Positions 1-13,622 are shown, numbered from the stretch's first letter. The stretch: DNA of 64,000 bases from Octopus vulgaris (GCA_951406725.2 OX597815.1:59334001-59398000); one strand, 5' to 3'. Translations and numbers: made by a program. The notes: generated from the sequence alone by a model not told the origin.

Positions 1-526
1 CTTAATACACAGCACTCATGAAATAAATATTTACTCTTATTTTTCCATTTTCCCCATAAACAAAAAAGAAATATCCTGTACATATGATACAACCTTTAGT
101 TAAATTGCATATATCTGCTACATAAATAACCATGAATATTTCACTGAATTACACTTATGCACATGCATTAAGTGATAGGTGATATACAAAAACAGTTCAA
201 TTAAAAGAAAATACACTTTTTACTGTCCAGTCACCACTGCCTCCACCACCACCACCACCATCCTCAACTCTCCTCTTCTCTCTCACTCCCCTCTCTTTCT
301 CCTCTCTCCTTTCACTTTTGCCTCTCTGCCTTTCTTTAATCTCACCATCAACATCACCCCTCTGCTAAAATTATATTTTTAACTCCTCTCTTCTAGAGGT
401 TTAAACTAACTTTTTTAACAATGTTATAAATATTACATTCCCCCTACCTTGCATCATGGATGCTTCTCCCTCCCTCTTTTCTTTCTTCCTCTTTCTGTCT
501 CTTTGCTTTATCCTCTTTTTCTCTCT

Positions 527-2176
527 CCTGTGCATACCTTCCTTCTTGTGACACTTGTGAAGACCTGCTGAGGCAAGTGAAAATCAAAACAAATCAAAAT
601 AGATGAACATCAATGGAATTTGTATCTTTGTGGTACCAGTGCCGGTGGCACACAAGAAAACCATCCGAATGTGGCCGTAGCCAGTACCGCATCGACTGGC
701 CTCCGTGGTGTGGGCACATGACAAACACCATCCGATCGTGGCCGTTCGCCAGCCTCATATGGCACCTGTGTCGGTGGCACATAAAAACACCATCCGAAGA
801 CCCGGCAAGACTAGTCAGATCATAACCCGTGGCCCCTACCTGGGACGTAGTCAGTCCACCTGTGCATACCTTCCTTCTTGTGACACTTGTGAAGACCTGT
901 TGAGGCAAGTGAAAATCAAAATCAAAATCAAATCAAAACAAATCAAAATAGATGAACATCAATGGAATTTGTATCTTTGTGGTACCAGTGCTGGTGGCAC
1001 AGAAGAAAACCATCCGAATGTGGCTGTAGCCAGTACCGCACCGACTGGCCTCCGTGCTGTGGGCACGTAACAAACACCATTCGATCGTAGCCGTTCACCA
1101 GCCTCATCTGGCACCTGTGTCGGTGGCACATAAAAACACCATCCGAAGACCCGGCAAGACTAGTCAGGCCAAAACCTGTGGCCCCTACCTGGGACGTAGT
1201 CAGTCCACCTGTGCATACCTTCCTTCTTGTGACACTTGTGAAGACCTGTTGAGGCAAGTGAAAATAAAATCAAATCAAATCAAATCAAATCAAAACAAAT
1301 CAAAATAGATGAACATCAATGGAATTTGTATCTTTGTGGTACCAGTGCCGGTGGCACACAAGAAAATCATCCGAACGTGGCCGTAGCCAGTACCGCATCG
1401 ACTGGCCTCCGTGCTGTGGGCACGTAACAAACACCATCCAATCGTGGCCGTTCGCCAGCCTCATCTGGCACCTATGTCGGTGGCACATAAAAACACCATC
1501 CGAAGACCCGGCAAGACTAGTCGGGCCATAATCGTGGCCCCTACCTGGGACGTAGTCAGTCCACCTGTGCATACCTTCCTTCTTGTGACACTTGTGAAGA
1601 CCTGTTGAGGCAAGTGAAAATCAAAACAAATCAAAATAGATGAACATCAATGGAATTTGTATCTTTGTGGTAAATTAGTGCCGGTGGCACACAAGAAAAC
1701 CATCCGAACGTGGCCGTAGCCAGTACCGCATCGACTGGCCTCCGTGCTGTGGGCACGTAACAAACACCATCCGATCATGGCCGTTCGCCAGCCTCATCTG
1801 GCACCTGTGTCGGTGGCACATAAAAACACCATCCGAGCGTGGCCGTCTGCCAGCCTCGTCTGGCACCTGTGTCAGTGGCACATAAAAAACACCATCCGAG
1901 CGTGGCCGTTCGCCAGCCTCGTCTGGCACCTGTGTCGGTGGCACATAAAAAACACCATCCGAGCGTGGCTGTTCGCCAGCCTCGTCTGGCACCTGTGTCG
2001 GTGGCACATAAAATCACCCACTACACTCTCGGAGTGGTTGGCGTTAGGAAGGGCATCCAGCTGTAGAAACACTGCCAGATCTGACAGGCCTGGTGCAGCC
2101 TTCGGGCTCCCCAGACCCCAGTTGAACCGTCCAACCCATGCTAGCATGGAAAGCGGACGTTAAATGATGATGATGA

Positions 2177-2180
<4 letters not shown>
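527..2180 (+). mobile_element. RTE LINE 3' end with a ~350-bp segment tandemly amplified, then 3' UTR minisatellite and (TGA)n tail
   Basis: GAAGACCCGGCAAGACTAG (KTRQD*, the ORF end seen in other copies) recurs at 796, 1145 and 1502. The terminal AACCCATGCTAGCATGGAAAGCGGACGTTAAA(TGA)n is shared with the other RTE copies. Confidence 0.9.
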
Positions 2181-2211
<31 letters not shown>

Positions 2212-2888
2212 CGAGGTCTGATCAATAAGTATCCAGACTGTTGCCATTGTAACAAAGCTAAAGCATGCAGAGTTGAGCCGCTTGGTAAAGATTGACCTTG
2301 ATCTCTGCTGTGCATGCATACTAAGTTTTAACACTCTAGCTCACTTCTGCTTTTTGCAGCAGTGCTTGGGAGGAAGGTGTGTAGCATATGATCATCACAT
2401 TGACCATAACGGAGAAAGTTGCCATGGCAATACTTACTCAGAGGCTTACACATAGTTGTAGAAAGTGTATGGAGAAGAGTATATGAGCTGCACACAAGTG
2501 CATGAGTGGTTCAGACATTTCCAAGATGGCTAAAAAAATGTCAATATTGACGAACGTTTTGGGAGACCCACAACCAGCAGAACTGAGATAGATATTGCAG
2601 ATGTGCATGCAGATATGAGGAGAGATCATCAGGTCACTATCTGAGTTATCAGAGGATATACAGATTAGTTATGGTTCAGTTTAGTCCATTTGGGTATGAG
2701 ACGTGTGTCTGCCAAGTTTGTGCCAAAACTGTTTTCAGCTGACCAAAAAGACACTGAGGTTTCAGCTGCACAAGTTCTCCTTGACTGTGTCAAGAACAGT
2801 GAAAACTTTTTGAAAACTTTGCATAGGCCTCTGAGCAGCTTCACTCTGCAAGCTTTAGCTTCATTACTATTGCAACAGTCCAGATACT
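2212..2888 (+). mobile_element. Internally deleted mariner-type DNA transposon
   Basis: TA-CGAGGTCTGATCAATAAGTATCCAGACTGTTGC start with a partial inverted copy at the other end; MRRVSAKFVPKL is a mariner transposase motif. Confidence 0.75.
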
Positions 2889-3230
2889 ATGTACATACAC
2901 ACACATACATACATGCATATACACATACACACACATATATATACATTTTTACATACATGCACACACAAACACACACACACACACACATATAAATATATAC
3001 AAACATACTTACAAAAACACGTGTGTGCGTGTGAGAGAGAGAGAGAGAGAGTGAGAACATTGCAAATAATGAATGAAATAAACCTGAAATGAAAAAATAT
3101 GAATAAAAGCTCTTGTATTAAATTTGTGAACTTAGTAAATATTTCTTTCAGTAATTTATCGTAGTTGTTTGCAAATAGTGAATTAAAACTTGAATGAGAA
3201 CATCAAAATAGAGAGTGAGAGATTTTGGAA

Positions 3231-3296
3231 ATGAAAACGGAAAATTTCTCCATTGTTACATCAATACCAGAAGTTGACATTGAGAAACCTAAAGAA
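3231..3296 (+). CDS. Putative first coding exon of an unidentified host gene (MKTENFSIVTSIPEVDIEKPKE)
   Basis: ATG at 3231 is preceded by an in-frame TGA. 22 codons end at a strong donor GAA|GTGAGT (phase 0), compatible with the exon at 13563. The sequence is non-repetitive. Confidence 0.6.
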
Positions 3297-3479
3297 GTGA
3301 GTCATATATATAAAACAATATTATTTATTTTTAATCAAAAAAAAAAGAGACTGAAGACCCTATTATGTATCCAAGGCCAAATTATTCATGCATCCCATAT
3401 GGAAGCAATTTGCACAGCTGTTTCAACGTGAAAAGCGAATACACATACACACAAGTCTATTTTGCATAAGAAGATAAAA

Positions 3480-3523
<44 letters not shown>

Positions 3524-3879
3524 ACACACGCATGTATAAAAAAAAATTCTATACTCATCAGGATATTATGAAAACAATATAATTTGGGAAATATGCAAGG
3601 AATGACAAAACCATAAATATAAATAATAATGTACAAAATTATAAGAATTTAGATTATAGAAGAATATAAAAAGAATATAAATATAAGACAATAAAAATCA
3701 AAATGAAATAAAAAATATAATATATAAACATGCGAATCATATGTCCCATAGAGGGTTTATGGAGGATATTATAAAGATATCCATATAATGAAAGATACAT
3801 ATGCACATACATGTATCTTTATTCATATGAATATCTTATATTCTCATAAATTTATATTTGTGTGTGTGTATATATATAT

Positions 3880-5030
3880 CCAGGGAGAAAAACTAGAAGT
3901 AGTTGATAGCTTCCGTTACCTAGGGGACCAAGTCAGTAGCGGGGGTGAATGCTCTGAAAGTGTAGCTGCTAGAATAAGAACAGCCTGGGCAAAGTTCAAA
4001 GAGCTCCTACCACTGCTGGTGACAAAGGGCTTCTCGCTCAGAGTTAAAGGTAGATTGTATGACGCATGTGTATGAACAGCCATGCTACATGGCTGTGAAA
4101 CATAAGCTTGTTTGGATTGAAGCCAGTATGCTCCGCTGGATGTGTAATGTCAGGGTGCTTACTTGACAGAGTGTAAGCACCCTGAGAGAAAAGTTGGATT
4201 TAAGAAGCATCAGACGTGGTGTGCAAGAGAGACAACTGCGCTGGAATGGTCGTATGTTGCGAATGGATGAGGACAGCTGTGTGAAGAAGTGTCACACAAT
4301 GGCAATTGAGGGAACCTGTGTAAGAGGTAGACCCAGGAAGACCTGGGATGAGGTAGTGAAACACGACCTTCAAACACTGGGCCTTACCGATGCGGTGACT
4401 AGTGACCGAGACCTTTGGAGATATGCTGTGCTGGAGAAGACCCGACAAGCCAAGTGAGACCATAACCCATGGTTTATGCCAGTGGGTGTAACCAGCCCAA
4501 TTATGAGTACCCCTCATTCATTGGACAATAAACTTTGCTTGCAAAGACCTATGCAAGTGAAATCAAATCAAAATCGCTGATATAGCCAATGATAGTACTG
4601 CCTGATTGGCACTCGTACCAGTGGAACAGAAAAAGCATATCAAGTGTGATCATTGCCAGGGGCACGTAAACAGCGTGATCGTTGCCATTGTCATCTTACT
4701 GGCACATGTGCCAGTGGCACGTGAAAAACAACATTTGAGCATGGTCATTGCCAGTGCCACTGGACTGGCTCCTATGCAGATAACATGTAAAAATCACCTT
4801 TTGAGCATGGTCATTACCAGAATCGCCTGACTGGCCCTCATGCCGGTGGCACATAAAAGCACCCTCTACACTCTCAGAGTGGTTGGCTTTAGGAAGGGCA
4901 TCTATCTGTAGAAACTTTGCCATATGAGACTGAGCCTGGTGCAGCCTTCTGGTTCACCAGTCCTCAGTCAAACCGTCCAACCCATGGTAGCGTGGGAAGC
5001 GGACGTTAAACGACGACAATAATGATGATA
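3880..5030 (+). mobile_element. 5'-truncated degenerate RTE LINE (ORF C-terminus and 3' UTR)
   Basis: GEKLEVVDSFRYLGDQ...GRPRKTWDEVVKHDL...EKTRQAK*, followed by the family 3' UTR and tail. Confidence 0.9.
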
Positions 5031-5208
5031 TCTAAATACCTATATCTATCTATCTATCTATCTATATATATATATATGTATATGTATGTATGTATTTGAA
5101 GGATATGATGAAAAACTTCTAAGTTGGTCAAACAACTTTGTAATATCGCCTATCATCACACTATTAAACGTAAACACATATTAAAACACATGGGCGTAAA
5201 AAAGTATA

Positions 5209-5239
<31 letters not shown>

Positions 5240-5243
<4 letters not shown>

Positions 5244-5375
5244 ACAATCAAGGAACGGCCATAATAGGCCATTCACCCACTAGAAATAACAGCCAAAGCT
5301 TCAACCGCAGTTGAAGCTTTGGCTGTTATTTCTAGTGGGTGAATGGCCTATTATGGCCGTTCCTTGATTGTTGAT
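5240..5375. repeat. Perfect 66-bp inverted repeat with a 4-nt loop (CGCA)
   Basis: 5240-5305 is the exact reverse complement of 5310-5375. Confidence 0.95.
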
Positions 5376-5478
5376 GTTGAACTTAAAAATGGTCTATGAC
5401 TATTTAATTTTTTCCCACTAGGCCGCTGGTGGCAAAAGAATTCTACAAAATTTTGTTTTTTTGCCACCCTATATTAAT

Positions 5479-5547
<69 letters not shown>

Positions 5548-5806
5548 GCAAAAGAGTACAGATGGAATCATGTAAGGAAAAAAGAACATGGAATAAATCT
5601 ATGCATATAAATAGTAAAAGGTTGAAAACAATAAAAATTAAGTAATATTAAAATATAAGACGAAAACCAGAAAAAAGTCCATTCAGAGTCCAAAGGACAT
5701 CACCAAATTTCAATAATGCCTCAAACATTAGGGAACTAGACAGGCAATGGCCCTTTCATTAGGAAAATTATCTTCAAGGATGTTTCACATTCTGGTTGTC
5801 TGTCAG

Positions 5807-7377
5807 AATTCTTTATTACTTACCAGAGGTCAACATAGAAGGGACAGATGACATAAAGACATACGAATGCATAAGTGGGGGGAAAACAAACAAATGAGAA
5901 AGATAGCATGAAACAATGTATGGGTGGAATGAAGGCCACTCAACCCCACAAACCAAGTGACCTCATTGAAACTATAACAAAACTTTACACAGTTAATGAA
6001 ACTTTTATAAAAAATTTGTGAAACGTTTTAACACAACAGGTCCTTAGGTACTGAATATATAGCTTAGAGACTTAACTTAGGTAATCCATTGTTATCAGTT
6101 TCTCTTTCACTCTATTACAATCCTCTTTTGTTATAAGTGAATATTTCCTCTGAGAGGGCATTCCCTCACTCCTAGAAGTATCCACTCTAGCCAAAGGGAA
6201 AGTGGAGGTGGGGTGGGGTGAGGGTTCACATCAACAGTTTGTGTCCCTCTCCTTTTTCTCTTTTTTCTTTTGTTTCCCATTCTTCCTTGCTTCCATCCTC
6301 CACCTGGTCCTCCTTTCTTTCCATTTTGATGGGTTCCTCCTCACTTACTCCTGCAACCTTTGTTATTACAGGAAATGGAGGTTCAGTTTTCCTTTCAGTT
6401 GGTGGTGTCACTGGTACCTTTATGGTCAGGGAAGGGCATTCTGCCCTTATGTCCTTATGTGGCCTTTTTGGCTACACTTGTAGCAACAGGGCTTCCTACC
6501 TTCCACCATCACCTTAAGTCTCACTTTGTCACCCATTGTTATGGTGTCAACCATTTACTCCAGGTCATCTAGGGTGGCCTGCATGACCATCTCCAGGTCT
6601 TACCCTTACCAATTCTTTTGTGCTGTTCTTGTTGCTTGGGGGACCACAATCTTTTCTTCTAGTCTTAGCAGTATTGCTGCTACCAGCCAGGCAACATCCA
6701 CCTCCAGAGGGATTGCTTCCACCCTTACTCTGGAAGCACGCCTTCTAACGTTAATGGGCAGAAAAACTACCTCATCAGGTCTTCAGGAAGTTTAATGAGT
6801 GCTGCCTGGCTATTGCTTCGATCAGAAACTACACCTCCACAGTCGCAAACCTCACTATAGCAAGGTAAGTAATGTCCCGTCAGATAGGTTTTGGATTCCT
6901 TGTTGCTATTTCTATCTTCAATTTTGTATTGTATGTTCTGTAAGTTATTGTTTTTTTTTTTTGGTTGTCCTTATAATTTTATAATTTCTTTTGGAGAGGT
7001 CATCTTAACCTCATGCCCCTCCCTTCATAATATTTCCTTGAACTTCTCCAGGTCCCTCCTTTCAACGTTTATCTCTTCACAGTTACCTCTGGCCATCACC
7101 ACAAACTCTTTTTTTTCTTTTTCCATTTTCCTCTCAATGGCATCTTTTGCTCTTAGCAACTCTTCTTCAGACAACGTTAAGCCTGAAGAACTCAAATTTT
7201 CACATTCCATTATGAAGGCACAAAAATACAATGCTTCCCGCTTCAAACAAGTGGGAGAATGTTAACAATACTGCCACAAGACAGCAAAACAAGATGTTTT
7301 TAAAACACAACAACAGTTCAACAGTAATTTAACTTAACAATTAGCACTTACAATTAACACCAAAAAGAGGAGAGAAT
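5807..7377 (-). mobile_element. ORF1-only (HAL1-like) non-LTR retroelement with a decayed gag-like ORF and CCHC zinc knuckle; 17-bp TSD
   Basis: TTCTGGTTGTCTGTCAG at 5790-5806 and 7378-7394. The minus strand reads VMVEGRKPCCYKCSQKGHIRAECP after removing an 8-bp duplication (6445-6460). AATAAA lies at the 3' end (5812-5817). Confidence 0.75.
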
Positions 7378-7689
7378 TTCTGGTTGTCTGTCAGTTTTAA
7401 CAGGATAGAGGGAAGCAAACATATATAGTGTCCACTTAATGATAAATAGTAAAAAATAAGACAAAATTAAAAGGTTTAGTGAAATCAGTAAGGATTAGTC
7501 CATTGTTCATTCATCAACCTGCAGATAATTATTGAGAGAGATTGCTACAAGCCTTACCCAATTTCAATCACAGACAAAGGCTCAGGTGGTCCTCTAAAAC
7601 ACCTAATTTTACTTTTACTTTATTTTTGTAAATTTTCAAAAAGGTTGAAAAAACTTGTGGTTACAAAATGGGACTATGTTGGAAAACTT

Positions 7690-8720
7690 ATTTAGAAGTT
7701 TTGGCCCATAGGATTTAAGGATTAATTATGACAACTTCTTTGTGGACTCAAAACAGATTTGTTCACTTGTATATGTTGAGCCAAAGGCTGAAAACAGAGC
7801 ATATGAAATTTTCTTCAAAGAATTTACTCTTTCAGGCAGCAACATCCAGCAATCAAAGATGGCAACAGGCTTCTCCAAGCAGCTTCTTTCAAGAGTTTTT
7901 TTGTAATTCCACAAATTTTGTTTTCCACAATTCTGAAGTTGTTAATTAAATCATTTCCATTTCAAAACTATCGATGTGCATCCACTCAAAAAGTAATAGA
8001 TCAAATGGGTTCATTTTCAAATCAATTGAGTCTTCTTTTAATGTTTTTGAAGTTCATTTTTATTAATATTAAATCAATTTGAATAAGCTTTTACATTTGG
8101 AAAGTATTTATAAGTATTGGTAAGTGTCAATTTGAAACATCAATTTAAATAACCAGTCTTCATTGTTCAATTCTGGGAAATGTTTCTCTTCAAGAAATAT
8201 TTTGATTTCTTCTGAGCATGATACAAATCTGTTCAAAACATTACCCCGAGAGGTTTGCATATTTGCTGTCAAATTCTTGTAGAAGGGACTTAAATTGTCT
8301 TTGAGTCAATGAAGAGCAAGAAACTATGAAGTTAACTATTTTAACAACAGTCTCCATGACAGAACTCAAGCTTTGTGACAAACTTTTTGTAGCTAAATTT
8401 TCCTGGTGTATAATGCAGTTAAAACTCACTACATTGCATCCAACATGATTTTCAAGAAGTTTAACAAATCCTTTTCCCTTTCCAATCAGTGCACTTGCAC
8501 CGTCAGTTGTAATATAAAATATTTTATTTATATTAATGGCTTGATTTTTGAAATAATTTACAAATGCCCTGTCCAACAGTTGTTTTGGTAAGAGGAATAA
8601 AACAACATAATTCTTCATAAATACAATCATTGTCACAATATCTTGCAACAATTGTTAGGTGCACCATGTCATTCACATCAGTATTTTCATTGATAGCAGT
8701 TCTAGAAAAGTTTGCTGCAA
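7690..8720 (-). mobile_element. hAT (Buster/GTF2IRD2-like) transposase remnant
   Basis: Motifs NENTDVNDMVHLTIVARY, ITTDGASALIGKGKGFV, CIIHQENL and FGSTYTSEQ, with frameshifts. Confidence 0.85.
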
Positions 8721-8964
8721 ACATTTTTGTCACAAGAAAATGTGCCTCAGGATTTTTGGCCATCGGAAAGTTATCCACAAAACAAAAGATTAGTCCCCCC
8801 TTGGTACATAATTGTTTCACCCAATAAGAAGGGGTAAAATAATTGGATCTAGTTAATTTCATTCACAAAATCAGCCCCCTTTAATTTTCCTCAGATTGTT
8901 TGCAGTTTTGGTGTATTGTAAATTAAAGAATCTGATGTTATTTGGGTTCTTGTAGTTGACATTG

Positions 8965-9770
8965 TTAAAGATAAAATAATTAAGAATATGAAGACAGGGA
9001 AAGCCCCTAGTCCTTCATGAATTACTGCTGAAATGCTTAAATTATCTGGTAGAGTTGGATATTGTCTAGTTACCCATATACTTAATCAGGTTGTACAGGA
9101 AGATATCATACCAAACAATTGGTGTGGCAACATCATAGTCAACTGTTATGAAGGGAAAGATGCCTTAGAGAGAAGTAAGTATAGAGGTTTAAAATTACTT
9201 AACCAGGTTATGAAAGTCACCGAAAGAGTCAAGGTCAATTAATTAAAATGAGAATTAATCTAAATGGAATGCAATTTGGTTCTGTGCTGGGGAGAAGTAC
9301 TCCTGATGTTCCCTTTATAGTTTGGCATTTCCAGGGGAAATATTTAGTAAAAAATGAACCACTGCACTTAGCATTTGTCAGCCTGAAGAAAGCTTAAGAC
9401 AGGATGCCTCACTCCCTTATCTGTGTCACTACAAAAGCTAGAAGTAGATGTATAGCTAGTGAGAACTGTTCAAATCATTTACAGGGATGTTGTCAGCAAA
9501 ATCAGTGTTAACAATGAGTACAGTGATGAATTTAGTGTTCAGGTAAGAATTCATAAGGATTTGGTCATCAATTCCTTTCTATTTATTATAGTCCTCCAGG
9601 CCTTAACTGAGGAATTTAGGGCTGGTTACCCACGAGAACTCTTCTATGCTGATGACCTTATTCTTGTAGCTGAAATTGTAATAAAATTAGAAATTAAATT
9701 CTAGCTGTAGAACCAAAACCTTGAATCACGGGGCCTTAAATTAACTTAGCAAAAGCCAAAGATCTAGTAC
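8965..9770 (+). mobile_element. Old degenerate RTE reverse transcriptase fragment
   Basis: Similar to the 16941 ORF (MLKLSG...YRGLKLLNQVMKV...ELFYADDLIL), with many stops. Confidence 0.85.
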
Positions 9771-10117
9771 ATATATAGTTGTATAAATATCCACTGTGTA
9801 TGGAAGCCGGGGGGGGGGTATAAAATTATACAAGCCTAGTATTATTGATCTAGGCAAGGATATCTGGGGAATAGTCAATATCCGAAACAGTCAGTATATT
9901 AAGGAATTAATGGCTAGGTGTAATAAAGTGTGATGAAAATAGTGATTGTACCAGATATTCCATATTGCCTTTATTATTAATATGGCTTAGGTATATAAAA
10001 GTGGTTGATAGGATTACAGAAGAAGGATTATGCTCAAATTCAGCAAAAGAAGCAGGGGTTCATATTTAAAATGTAGTATTCAATTAGTGTATGTTAACTT
10101 GAGATAAGATCATGCTT

Positions 10118-10562
10118 AATACTGCAGTGTTGAGTTATATAGCAGAAGCTAACTAGTATACATTATCATATTCATGGTTATAACTAATATTGTATTAGCA
10201 TAGCATCCTTTTCTTCTTGTATTTGCAGTAAATCCCCAGTTCCTTTTGCTTCCTAGTCTTGGCTTTAAGAATCTGTAACCTCTGTCTGTCATACAGCCCT
10301 CAGAGAAGCCTTCTCATCCTGATATGACAAGGAAGGTCCAACCATTTCAACATGTCTGAAAAGAGATAAAATTTTTCAGATTTCAAAACAATGGATAAAA
10401 GTTGTAGAGGAAAAATAGACCTACAAAATCCCTAAAACACTATTATAAAAACATTTTTCATCATAATTCAAGTAACAATACTGCAGTGTTGAGCTATATA
10501 GCAGAAGCTAACTAGTATACGTTATCATATTCATGGTTATAACTAATATTGTATTAGTATAG
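10118..10562. repeat. ~85-bp direct repeat (10118-10203 and 10477-10562)
   Basis: AATACTGCAGTGTTGAG...TATTGTATTAG occurs twice with about 3 mismatches. Confidence 0.85.
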
Positions 10563-11400
10563 TCAATGAATGAATTTTTGGTCACCACATGGGCTGGATG
10601 TGCATGTCAAGTTTCCCAAGGATGAGCATGTTATCTGTCCAGACTTTAGGGCCTTTGTCACCCTAACAGCCCACCTGTCCTGTCTCCTGACTAATGTAGA
10701 TACATCCAGGACATCTTTTTGCAGTTGGACTGGTAAAACACTGTGTTGGTATATGACTACCTCTGTAAACCTCATCAACCCCATTTCTCCTAATGACTCC
10801 CTCCCATGTCTGATAGTGTGCACCATCACTGCCATTGAAGTTGCTGAGAATGATGAGCTTTTCCTCCTTAGGCACAGCTGTTATGAGAACTTGAAAGGTC
10901 TTCATAAAACTTGTCTTTGACCTCCTCGGGGTTAATCATGGTAGGAACATAAACTTTGATGATGATGGCATAGTATTTTACTCTAAGAGGCATCAGTCAG
11001 TCATTCAGTCCTTTGGGGAGGCTGGTTAACTTACTGATCAGATTAGATCTGATTGCAAAACCCATTTATATTTCATGATGTTCATCACTATTGCAATCAT
11101 TCCAGAAAGTATCTTGTTCAGAATTACAATGTGATGATTTACTCACAAAGTTCTCTTGTAACAAGTGCTGTCCATCTCTCAGGTCTGTTTGCTTTGGAGC
11201 TGCCCATGAGTATTCACACATTCCATGTGTCAATCATAAGCAATGTCACCAATGTTTTCATCTTGATATTTCAACCACATGGTTGGGATCCCTGCCTACT
11301 GCAGTATGCTGGAGGTGAAGAGAGCAATCCTAAAGAGAGCTGCTCAGACACCCAGAGACCTGCCAATCTCTATTTCTGCTTCAGTCAGTAAAGAACAACC
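10563..11400 (-). mobile_element. RTE/BovB-like LINE AP-endonuclease remnant
   Basis: The minus strand gives decayed TWNV...RPERWTALVTREL and VYVPTMINPEEVKDKFYEDL motifs. Confidence 0.7.
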
Positions 11401-12059
11401 CTATGCCCTGAGCTACCTGTCTGTAGGCTTACAACTACAGGTTACAGTGCATCCATACCTGATCTTTTGTCATTTGTCCATTTCTACAGGATGTGAAGAT
11501 GGGTCTGGGAGGTATAATCTTTTGACTTGCATGTGACATGGATGAATGTTAGGGAGGATTGCACAATGTTGTCTGCCTTACTCTCTTACCCCTAATTCCA
11601 GTGGCAGGACAAAGTCAAGATTACTAGAAATAAGTTGGGATGCAGTGGACTTCTGCGGTGTCCTTCATGCCTCACTGTACCCTGTTTGTGCTCCATAATG
11701 CTTCTTGAACCAATTTGGTAGTTTCTTCCTCATTGCTGCTGGGTCCAGTTTTAACTTGTGTAGGTAGACAAATCCTAATCCACAAAAGATTTTAAAATCA
11801 TTGGCTACCTTTATCATGTCTTTGCCTGTATGTGGTCACTGTTTCATGCAAAAAGCTTCAAGTAGGCACAGGTAGCAAACAAGATGTCATGTGAGGGCCA
11901 AAGCGGATGAAGTACAATGCAGCAAATTGTCTATTAACATGATCCTTTCTGATTTACAGTATAAGACAAAGTAGTTTCTGTTCAGTTTTTAGCACTTTGT
12001 CTCAAGTGTTTATTGATCTTCTTCCATTTACTTTGAATGTGCAGTGCTTTTTTTATTAC

Positions 12060-12950
12060 AGCTATCATCCTCCATGTGCCTGACATGCCCATAACAGCAC
12101 AATCTTTTCTTTTGCACACTACAACTTATTCCTCTTATGTCCACTTTTCCCCTCAGCTCATTAATACACTGTTGATCATGCACACTGACATTGTACATCT
12201 AGCAAAGCATATTTACTTTGTTTCTAGTCTTTGCGAATCTTCTACATTCAATGCAGCATCCCACTTCATATACACACACATCCCACTTCATATACACACA
12301 CTTCCCACTTCATATACACACACATCCCACAATCTGCTCATTATTCTGACAAGAGGCCTTTTGTTGTCAGTTCACTGAACTTTTTTTTATCTGTTATTAC
12401 GGAGGCTACTACACTTTCAGAACATTTGCTTTCACTACTCATTAGATCACTGAAGTAGTAGAAGATATCAACTACTTTCAGGGAACTTTCTGGGCATTTT
12501 AAAGAAAATATCTTTCATAAGCTCCTGGTGTTTACATTCTCTATACATGTTATAAAGGAAGTTTGTCTCTTCTGATCCCATTTTATCTTTTATGTGTACA
12601 TAGTTTACACTCAGTATGTAATGTGAAATTCATACCTACTATTTTTGTGCATAATATGTATGACTAATTTCCTGATGGTTGTAGGGTCCTATCTTTTCAC
12701 CTACTTACTAGTACTCTAGTCTTTGCTAGTACTCTAGCCTTTGCTAGTACTCTAGCCTTTGCTAAGTTAACTTTGTGGCGTTGCATTTCTAAATTTTATT
12801 CCACTTCTAATATTTCTTTTCTAGATACATTCTGATTCAGTTATAAGAGCTAGGTAATCAGCATATAGAAATTTTCATGGGTGTCTGATCTTAAGTTCTT
12901 GTTACAGCTTGGAGGACTATAATGAACAGGTGGGGTTTGAGGACAGATAC
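12060..12950 (-). mobile_element. Highly decayed RTE fragment
   Basis: Patchy similarity to the RTE C-terminus and the YADDL region of the other copies. Confidence 0.5.
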
Positions 12951-13562
12951 CTGATAACTAAATTCATTGTTGAACTCATTTCTCACTTTCACTTTATTGA
13001 TAGCATCTCTGTATATGGTTTATGTGGCTCTTGCAAACCATTCATCTAGTCCTAGTCTCCTCAGCTACCACTAAATCACAATGCAGAGAGCCTTGTCTAC
13101 AAAAGCCAGGTGTAGTAGCTGACTTCTGGCTAGGTGCTCTTCCTACAGTTACCACACTAGGAAGAGAGCATCAACAGTTCCCCCTCCTAATTGCAAAGTC
13201 AAACTACATTTCATCTACTTCTCATCCTAATGAAAATAGCTACAAGTCTTTCAGTGATTTTCTTGACTTGCTCCAACAGTTTGTATCTGTGTAATTTCTT
13301 CTCTCTAATGTATATCCTGTGTGTGCGTGTGTATGTGTATGTGCGTGCACGCGCTTCAAAATATCTTTATATTTCTTCAAGTTGCACTATCTTTTTTTAA
13401 GAAGTCAGTGAGTGATGTAAATGTGATATGGCTGGTATTTGTAACTGGTTGAACATTAATTATAAGGTGATGATGATGATGTCTCCTTTTTACACTATTA
13501 AAGAAAATATCTGATACATTTAATGGTATATTATCCTAATGGTATAATTTTTTTATTTTCAG

Positions 13563-13622
13563 ATCCTAGAAAAATGGTATGAAACTTTAAAGCAAGAGAA
13601 TCACAATACAAAATTGACTGAG
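13563..13622 (+). CDS. Internal exon of host gene (ILEKWYETLKQENHNTKLTE)
   Basis: Polypyrimidine acceptor TTTTTTATTTTCAG|, a 60-nt open frame, consensus donor GAG|GTAAGT; phase 0/0. Confidence 0.8.

Noticed and set aside
594-2163. Cluster of overlapping short ORFs
   Set aside because: They are artefacts of the tandemly repeated RTE 3' UTR.
9857-9897. Possible hammerhead (GGATAT...ATATCC GAAAC A GTC)
   Set aside because: There is no recognisable CUGANGA upstream and no stem I.
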